Source of the DNA: Octopus vulgaris
Taxonomy: Eukaryota
Assembly (NCBI GenBank): GCA_951406725.2
Contig: OX597819.1
Location: 24,180,001-24,244,000 of the forward strand
Direction of reading: 5' to 3'
DNA length: 64,000 nt
In this document: one piece after another, positions 55,184-64,000 of the stretch
Layout of the letters: each line of letters begins with the position of its first letter
How positions within the stretch are numbered: position 1 is the stretch's first letter
Program-made: the position numbers and the translations under genes
The notes under the pieces: generated by a model
The model's database searches: none
What the model saw: the letters and a program-made list of their open reading frames with translations, nothing else
Told to the model about the DNA's origin: nothing

Positions 55184-55369
55184 AATTGAAAAAATAAAGT
55201 CAACAAGAAGAAGAAGGGTTGGACATTTATTTTTTAATCACTACATTTGTTTCCACGCAACATAGTTCTCCAATGGTGCAGGAGAACTACGTTGCGTGGA
55301 AATAATTTTACTGATTAAAAAATAAATGTTCAACCTTACCCCTTCTTGTTGAGTCCAATTTTTTCAACT
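55184..55369. repeat. ~85-bp imperfect palindrome
   Basis: ttccacgcaacatagttctcc / ggagaactacgttgcgtggaa at the centre. Confidence 0.85.
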
Positions 55370-55711
55370 ATTTATTCACACACGACAGATGCTCAAACGC
55401 AAACCTGGAAGTACATATAATACTACTACTGGATAGCATAGGATATATCTGAAGGTAGACGAGCTTTATACTGTACTTTACTATGTTCTTAACAGAATAT
55501 ACCATAGCTATATATATATATATATATGTATATACACACACATAGACAGAGAACAGTAACTTTGCTATAGATCTCCGTCTGCAGCTGAAGCAAAATTTAT
55601 GTTTGACATTTCAGTTAGACTACAGCTAGAAAAGAACTGATAAGATATAGTCTTGAGACTCAGTATGTCTTGAAGATGATTTAGAAGTCTGGTAAGAAGT
55701 TGAATCTTTGT

Positions 55712-55783
<72 letters not shown>

Positions 55784-56209
55784 CTTTGAAGTATAAATGC
55801 TGTCTTTGAAATGCAAAATCATTTCTGACAAATAATCTAGTTGAAATGATGATTGATAGCTTTCATAAGCACGGATGTAGGCTGAATGCAAAAATACAGT
55901 CCTTTCATTCACATCAGACAATTTTCATAGAAAACTGTGTTACGCAGAACGAAGGTTAAGATGTACATTTTCACAAAGATATTTTGTGAATAGAATAAAA
56001 ATATCAAGGCCAGTGGAGCATTTGTATGAGGATCTGTTATTTATGGTGGTTATACCCAGATAAGTTGCATTGCTAAAGCATGCAGGGCAATCAAAAGACA
56101 TTTGTACATACACACACACACACACACACACTCACACACACATATACATAAATATATATATATGTGTGTATATATGGATATATATATATATGTATATTTT
56201 CTTTGTTTA

Positions 56210-56410
56210 TTCTTTTACTTATTTCAGTCATTTGACTGTGGTCATACTAGAGCATCGCCTTTAGTCGAGCAAATCGACCCCAGAGCTTATTTTTGTAAGC
56301 CTAGTACTTATTCTGTCAGTGTCTTTTACCGAACCGTTAAGTTATAGGGACATAAACACACCAGCATCGTTTATCAAGCGATGTTGGGGAGACAAACACA
56401 GACACACAAA
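56210..56410 (-). mobile_element. SINE family C, 3' half
   Basis: tttcagtcatttgactgtgg...gtcgagcaaatcgacccc...aagcgatgttggg. Confidence 0.82.
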
Positions 56411-56433
56411 CATACACACATACATATATATAC

Positions 56434-56480
<47 letters not shown>

Positions 56481-56488
56481 CATGTATA

Positions 56489-56561
<73 letters not shown>

Positions 56562-56566
<5 letters not shown>

Positions 56567-56700
56567 TGTAAAAAAGAAGTTTGAAAACGCCACTATATTA
56601 GATAAATTTTAATTTTCTTATGAATTTTACATGTTTCGGTTCTTGAAAAAACGAACCTTATCAAAAATATTATAAAAAGTGCAATAGAAAAGTTCATAGT
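56562..56700 (-). mobile_element. PLE 3'-end fragment related to 12940-13050, with a U3-A8 hammerhead (56624-56668)
   Basis: attt-TTGATAA-GGTTC...GAACC-GAA-ACATGT-A-aaat. Ends aacttcttttttacaaaaa(TA)n, like the PLE at 13030-13050. Confidence 0.72.
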
Positions 56701-56914
56701 TGTTTCTTACTGATCTCAATAGAATCCATGTGGTGGTGTTTTGTCGGTAGTTGGTATAATCGCTATATTATAGTTGCGTGTAGTAAAGAAGTTCATTATT
56801 CTTTCTTGCTGGTATCAAAATGGTATCAAATGTGTTCCAATGGAATGGTGGCAGCAGTAGTGATTGTTGGTCGTAGTAGTTGTAACCATGGTGGTGGTTG
56901 GGGTTGCAGCAGCT

Positions 56915-57224
56915 TATTTTATCAATGGCCAGCATATCAAAAAATACCTTTAAAGGTCAAATTTACAAATAATTTAGAAGATAAGGGCAAAAGAAAAATT
57001 CTATTGCCAAATATGTCGAAAAAAAAGACAAAATTGTCAATAAACGTTATAATTTATGCATCTCGAAACAAACCGATAGAAATTGGGACCAATACGGTAA
57101 TAACGGATTTTTTAGAAATTTCTATAGGTTTGTTTCGAGATGCATAAATTATAATGGTTATTGACAAATTTGTCTTTTTTTCGGCATATTTGGCAATAGA
57201 ATTTTTCTCTTGCCCTTATTTTGT

Positions 57225-57229
<5 letters not shown>
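56915..57229. repeat. fold-back copy of a relative of the 482-nt HHR family
   Basis: Arms 56970-57083 and 57116-57229. The loop carries the 3' half of the HHR (GAA-ATTGG ga CCAAT-A-cggtaa). Confidence 0.78.
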
Positions 57230-57273
<44 letters not shown>

Positions 57274-57644
57274 AATAAAGTGATTGTTTCTTATCAGGAA
57301 CAAAATGTTTAATGGGACTGCTATAGAAGTGCTCAATTAAATGAGACAAATATATTAAACTATGGTTGCAGAACAAACAAACATAAGGTCATCCACGTAA
57401 CATTTCATATCTCGAACACTTAATCACATAATGCTTTTTCTTTCACATCGAATATACATGCATAAAATCACGGAAGATGAAACACAGCTCATCAAGACAA
57501 GCATATAAGAAAAATATAAGAAAAATGTGTGAATACAGTCCATCGCGGTTAAAATTTAATGATTAAAATAAGAAACCATACAATATTGCATTAGGTTTGG
57601 TTAAGAAGGTCTCGCCCTGGTATGTGATGTGTGTTTCTTTATTT

Positions 57645-57726
57645 TTCCCCTGATGAAGGAGTAATTATCGTGATGCACCTTCGTGCATTAAATACGATGT
57701 TGAACCCCTGAAATGGCCATAGGGAA
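57645..57726 (+). ncRNA. type I hammerhead ribozyme, canonical core, long stem II
   Basis: TTCCC-CTGATGA-AGG...CCT-GAA-ATGGCCAT-A-GGGAA. Confidence 0.8.
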
Positions 57727-57864
57727 TGTAAATATGGTTTCTTCTTTTTTTTTTTTTGCTTGGACACTGGCTTTTAACAATAGGTTTTCCCTTATCTTGA
57801 AAAGTAATTTTTAATCGAAAAAATTTCTAAACGATGAACTTTTATCTTACCTTATATATTATTT

Positions 57865-58205
57865 ATTTTATGTAAGGGGGATCAGCCATCTGAATGTGGC
57901 TAGGGACAGGGCGGGGTGGTGTGGGTGTTACTGATGCTTTTAGCCCCAGGCGATCATCAACGTCACCAGAAGGACTGACACTATATAAGTGTCCTTGTTT
58001 GCCTGTAAAGGGAGGTCATCCTCCCTCGAAGATACGGATACTACATACGGACCGGTTTCGAGGTCATTGCCTCTTATCAACGTATGGTAAGTACCGCTCT
58101 TCGATGAAGGATTCCCTCTACAAGCAACATATATAAGGTTTTTCACAGTAACTACTGTCACTGATGTAGAAAAACTGTCTGAAAACAATAATAAATCTCT
58201 GAACG
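57865..58205 (-). mobile_element. diverged monomer of the 360-nt retrozyme-like unit, HHR at 58044-58086
   Basis: Colinear with 32520-32850. CATACG-TTGATAA-GAGG caatga CCTC-GAA-ACCGGT-C-CGTATG. Confidence 0.82.
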
Positions 58206-58546
58206 TTTCCTATATATATGTATTTTTATATATTTTTATATATTCATATATTTCTTTATATTTTTATATATTTATTATTCTAGATGTTATAATGTTAATA
58301 TATATATATATATATATATATTAGGCGATAAAGTATTAATCATTAACTTTTAACCGCGATGGACTCTATTCACACATTTTTCTTATATTTTTCTTATATA
58401 CTTGTATTGATGAGTTGTGTTTCATCTTCCGTGATTTTATGCATGTATATTCTATGTGAAAGAAAAAGCATTATGTGATTAAATGTTCGAGATATGAAAT
58501 GTTACGCGGATGACCTTATATTTGATTGTTTTGCAACCAACCATAG

Positions 58547-58602
<56 letters not shown>

Positions 58603-58606
<4 letters not shown>

Positions 58607-58819
58607 GAGTAAACACATAAATGTGAAACAAGGTGGGAAAAAGAGTACTCAAATACCAGTGGTAGAGTAATATGCTTTATTTAAAGCAGCAGAAAATTCA
58701 ACAAAACCTGTTACTCTGAGTTTCCCGTTGCCGTTCATCGGACAGTTTTTGCTAGCAAAAACGGCAACGGGAAACTCAGAGTAACAGGTTTTGTTGAATT
58801 TTCTGCTGCTTTAAATAAA

Positions 58820-58822
<3 letters not shown>
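58603..58822. mobile_element. fold-back HHR element, sister of 13248-13487, in (TA)n
   Basis: Near-identical sequence. Folds at tttttgctagcaaaaa. Confidence 0.82.
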
Positions 58823-58856
<34 letters not shown>

Positions 58857-59355
58857 CACACACATCATATGTATATCAATGAGTGTGTGTAAATGTGTGA
58901 GCATTTGAGTGTATGTGTTTTATCTCTCGTATTGGTTTGTTTACGTCTGCTCAAAATTTGCGTCTCGGCAAAAACCTGAACCGAAAGAATAAGTAACAGG
59001 CTTACTAACAAATTCAAGAAGTCAATTCGATCAACTAAAGGTGACCCTGAAGGCGATGCTGCAGTATCGCCATAGTCCGTCCAGTGCCATAAAAGATTAA
59101 AAGCATAAAAATAGAATTGTAACTGAACTCCACAAGGCAACTTGTGCGACGCACTAACGGTTCTGCCAATCTATCAACGATAGGTAATTGAATCGATTTG
59201 ATGGCAGTAGAGTAGGAACACTTAACTGATATAATTGAAGTGACCTGTTGAGGTTGACCTGGAGCCTTAGACTTTTTCTCAGTGGTTGCCTGTCATATTT
59301 CAGCTAATGAACTCTGACACTAAGTATGTGTGTACGCATGCGTGCGTATATGTAT

Positions 59356-59386
<31 letters not shown>

Positions 59387-59820
59387 AACGAGAGAGATAA
59401 ATTGATAGAGAGAAAGAAAGAGAAAGTGTATATGTGTGTGTGTGTGTGTATTTAGTGAGGATATATTTAAGGAGCCGTGATATATCTATCTGGCGGGTCT
59501 TTTCAAGGGGAATTTGTCAGGAGTCAAAGACTGAAACGGAGGTGTCAACTCCAAAAGATCTCCCTTATAGCAATGTAGAGTTGAATTTGGAAATGGTAGT
59601 GGTGATGGTGGTGATGGTGGTGGTAGAATGTTTAGAAAAGAAACGAACGAGAGGGCAAAATGGCAGAGACAGACGACGGAAGGAAAAGAGTAGAGACAGG
59701 GTGCAATAAAGTCAAGTAATAAATAACTATAAATGTAATAATTGAGATTAGGGAAGTATTAGTTGTGGGTGGTCATTGGGTTATATATACTCCAACCTAC
59801 ACCTAAACTGTCATACATAA

Positions 59821-59884
<64 letters not shown>

Positions 59885-60358
59885 ATGTGTGTGTGTGTAT
59901 AAATGTCTATATATATATGTGTGTAAGTATGAGTGTATATATATATATTATAAATACACATGCATACACATATATATGAACATTTATACACACACATATA
60001 ATATATGTATTTATATATACATAGATAAATACATGTACGCACACACATATATATATATGTTACTCTTGTATGGTAATTGACAAATCTAATTGTGCCTCCT
60101 CTGACAAACACAATGTGTGAGCGCAGGCAAATGGTCTCTTACTCTAATTGAAAACATCGTTTTGCAAATTAAGCGATTCTGCACAGTTTTGCCCACTCTG
60201 CCGTACATTGTGTCAGTGTTTTCGTCCATAGTTTCGGTTTGACCAATGGCTTATGCGTGCAATAATTTTACAAACAGAAAATGTGATGAAGCTCTTCATA
60301 AATATATATATATATATATATAATGATGTAAATAAAACTGCTTGGGTTAGATTTACAA

Positions 60359-60416
<58 letters not shown>

Positions 60417-60418
<2 letters not shown>

Positions 60419-60582
60419 TACAGGCGATGCTGTGTAGGAAGTATCTTGCTTACCAACCACATAGTTCCGGGTTCAGTCCTACTGCATGGGAACTTGGGCA
60501 AATGTCTTCTAGTATAGCCTCGGGCCGCCCAAATCCTTGTCAGTGATAGATTTGGATTCGGAACCTGAAAGAAGCCCGTCGT
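60417..60582 (+). mobile_element. SINE family C, 5' half
   Basis: cttgcttaccaaccacatagttccgggttcagtcc...gaaagaagcccgtcg. Confidence 0.82.
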
Positions 60583-60662
60583 ATATGTATATATATATAT
60601 ATATATATATTGTTGTATTTAGGAATGGTCATTTTGCCAGTTTAGCCAATAAAATCTTGCAA

Positions 60663-61010
<348 letters not shown>

Positions 61011-61033
61011 ATATATATATATATATATATATA

Positions 61034-61915
61034 CTAGCTTAAGGTGACCCGCTCTACGCGCGGGTGAGGTTGTGGTTGTTACTTTCTGTTGCTTCCTTTC
61101 TGTTTCTTATCGCCACATTCTCCCTCTTTGTTTCTCTCTCCTTTCCCTCTCACTTTTCCACTCTCTTACTCTTCCTTTCTCTCGGACTTTCCCTCGCTTT
61201 CTCTTACTCTCTATCTTTCTCTATCTATCTCTCTCCCATTTATAAACAACAAAATACCTTGAGTAAGTTGAGAAAGAAAATATTTTTACGCTTTTTAAAC
61301 CCTTCGTCGTTATTCTCATTCACTCATTATTACTTTCCCCCTTCCTTTCACTTTCTCTCTATAACGTCGTTCGCTAGCGTCTACTATCTTTCCTCCGCCG
61401 CATTCGCCAGCGCTGTCACTCTCTCGCTCTCTCTACGTCTGTCTGCATTCATTGAGAGAATTATCCTCGCCACCACCACCACCACCATCAATCATGAGAA
61501 TCTTTCTCTCTATATATAGATAGAGAGAGAGAGAGGGGGAGAGAGAAAGTAATAATGAGTGAATGACAATAACGACGAAGGGTTTAAAAAGCGTAAAAAT
61601 ATTGAAGGCACGGAGGAAAGATAGTAGACGCTATCAAACGACGTTATAGGGAGAAATTGAAAGGAAGGGAGGAAAGAGAGGGAGATAGAGGAAGACAGGA
61701 AGATAAAAGAATGAGAGTAGACTTGTCAAAGTGTGCGTTTTTTGCCCTAGTAACCACACCTTTTAAGATAGGGATTCTAACCTAGCCCACTCTCATCCTC
61801 ATCTCATTTTACATGTCCCTGTAAATTTTGGAGTCAATCCGACGGGATCTAGTGGCCTTTAACCCGTTCCAATGTCAAAACCAGACAAACTTTTCGCATT
61901 TCAGAATTATATATA
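61034..61915 (-). mobile_element. non-autonomous Helitron-like element
   Basis: Minus-strand 3' end: hairpin ACCCGC gcgtaga GCGGGT, 9 nt, then CTAG|T. The other end lies in (TA)n. Confidence 0.6.
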
Positions 61916-61929
61916 TATATATATATATG

Positions 61930-61969
<40 letters not shown>

Positions 61970-62080
61970 AATAAGGATAAGATCGTTAATTTAAGCATTG
62001 ATCTTTTCAAGTGGCCAAATACACATATATATACATATAACAAATTCGTATTGGGTGTATTTATGTTACTATCTGTGTAT

Positions 62081-62138
62081 ATTCCACTGATGAGGCAAAG
62101 CATCTCTTATGCAGAGCCAGAAATCCGGGAGCTGGAAT
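62081..62138 (+). ncRNA. type I hammerhead-like motif with a mutated cleavage triplet
   Basis: ATTCCA-CTGATGA-GGC...GCC-a-GAA-ATCCGGGA-GC-TGGAAT. 6-bp stem I, but no NUH triplet. Confidence 0.55.
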
Positions 62139-62304
62139 TATCCAGTAAGTTTTTGCTAGTTTATTTTGTCCTTTTGTCTTCTCTCCTGGTACAGTATGAA
62201 CATTTAATGTGGTTTTAGAGTCAAGTTTTGGCTGCTACTTCCAGCGTGGTGGTATCTGTTAGATACTCCAAATTATAATATATGTACACAAACACACACA
62301 CACG

Positions 62305-62391
<87 letters not shown>

Positions 62392-62800
62392 ACACATATA
62401 AATAGTGGGAAAGTAAAAAATTAAACACTGAAAATTTTCCGACGATGAATATTCAGATATTTATATATTAACAGACCACAGTTGTACAGAGTACAAAGAC
62501 ATAGAGAAATAAAAGGGAGAAGGTATGGTGTTACCAGTCTGACAGCTGTTTCTGGGGGCTCGGTGTTACTTCCTTAATGTTGACATGTATACTCCACCAG
62601 TATATGCAACCAGTAATGGGAGAAAATAAATATATGATAGATTCGGCATCCATCTTCAAGGTGGAGAGATAAAAATTTCTTTACCCCGCAGATTTGATCT
62701 TCGTAAATGTTCCTGAGTGTCACTTCAAATCATTTGAGCGCTAGTAAATGCTTTCTATATTGAGAATCTCTGGATCATATCTGTAGACTCTGAGTCTCTC

Positions 62801-62895
<95 letters not shown>

Positions 62896-63528
62896 ATTTC
62901 CCTTGTTTTTGCCAAATAAACACACACGCACTATATGTTTTTTCTTTGCTCGCTTATTACTGTACTTATTTTATTATTATCTGTGACCTCTTCAGCGACA
63001 CTTTTCGTTTTCGCGTGTGCTCTTGCTCCACTTATTCCATTCTTTTCTTCTAAGAAGTGTATCCTTATGTGCGCATGCGTTTTCGTCCTTATGTGTTTGT
63101 GTCTGTGTATCTGTGTGTACGTGTGTCTGTCTTCGTTGTGTGTATGCTTGTGTGTGTGTGTGTGTATGTGTATCATAATGTGTGTCATATATAATCCCTA
63201 CCCATTACCAAAAGTTGAAAAGTTATCTCCCTTACCCACAACAATAACAATAATAACGACAACCAATCACCTCCCTTTATTTATCTACTTGTGAAGTCAT
63301 TCACGCGTGAATGTCATCACGCACAACATGGACCAATTTTCTTCTTAAGAAAAATATATATCCAAATAAGTAAAACATAATATCATGAATAGCGATAGCG
63401 AAACCGGTCGATATATCAAAAATTATATTAAAACTTTGTAAGTGTGCGTATTTTCCCTTTTTTAATTTCTTATATACATTATAACTCACCACGTGAGGAT
63501 AATCGAAATTCCTCTTTTCTGTTACTAC

Positions 63529-63581
<53 letters not shown>

Positions 63582-64000
63582 TGTGTGTATGTAGATATAT
63601 GCATATATGTGTATATAGGTATACCCACACACGCGTGCTCGCACATACAAACAGATATATATGTACATATGCAACCAGACTTGGAAAATAAGTACTGGAA
63701 TAAGACTGTTTGAAAAAATAGCTGTAGTTATGGTCGCAGTGTTGTGACTGAAACAGTTATAAGATAAAAGATTTCTATAGGCGAGGAGCAGACACTTGAG
63801 ACAGAAGAAGAGAAAAACAAATCAGATAATTTCAAAAAAAGATACACACACGCAAATACATACACACGCACATATACACACACGTGCACTAACATGCACT
63901 TATATACCCATCCTGTTTCTTTGCTGATGCATTTGTATCAGGAGAGCAGGGTTGCCTCCAGAAAATAATTCTAGGCGATTCCAGAGGTGACGTTGTACAC

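Larger units (their letters stand above)
57350..58555. repeat. ~215-bp inverted repeats enclosing two HHR elements
   Basis: 57350-57567 is the imperfect reverse complement of 58336-58555. Confidence 0.88.

Noticed and set aside
62530-62665. Minus-strand hammerhead (GAA-ACAGCTGT-C with a distant TTGAAGA)
   Set aside because: Stem I does not pair and stem II would be very long and poorly supported.

Overview
This is repeat-saturated, gene-poor eukaryotic DNA. The SINE families and (TA)n/(CA)n/(TATC)n load resemble a coleoid cephalopod such as Octopus (inference). No host protein-coding gene is convincingly supported. Recognisable elements are: a nearly intact Penelope-like retroelement (PLE, 8547-13050, +), a truncated second PLE (35177-37122), two AT-eroded PLE relics, a nearly intact CR1-type LINE (48006-~53180, -), an RTE 3' fragment, mariner/Tc1 elements and MITEs, a piggyBac-type MITE, non-autonomous Helitron-like elements and about 25 tRNA-derived SINE copies. 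The main hidden signal is an RNA-level system. About 20 type I hammerhead ribozyme (HHR) motifs sit in short elements inserted into (TA)n microsatellites. They include a tandem 360-nt retrozyme-like array (32471-33222) with a diverged, covarying third copy, a 482-nt partial tandem, fixed-length ~205-nt HHR mini-elements, and fold-back palindromes whose junctions lie at the ribozyme. The candidate autonomous driver is the PLE. It has an extra upstream coiled-coil ORF joined to RT/GIY-YIG by an in-frame U UUU UUA -1 slippery site, and a 3' repeat with six fixed-spacing ATTGG-N12-TGACGTC modules, a TATA box and a U3-A8 variant hammerhead. All structures were folded by eye and none is experimentally shown.
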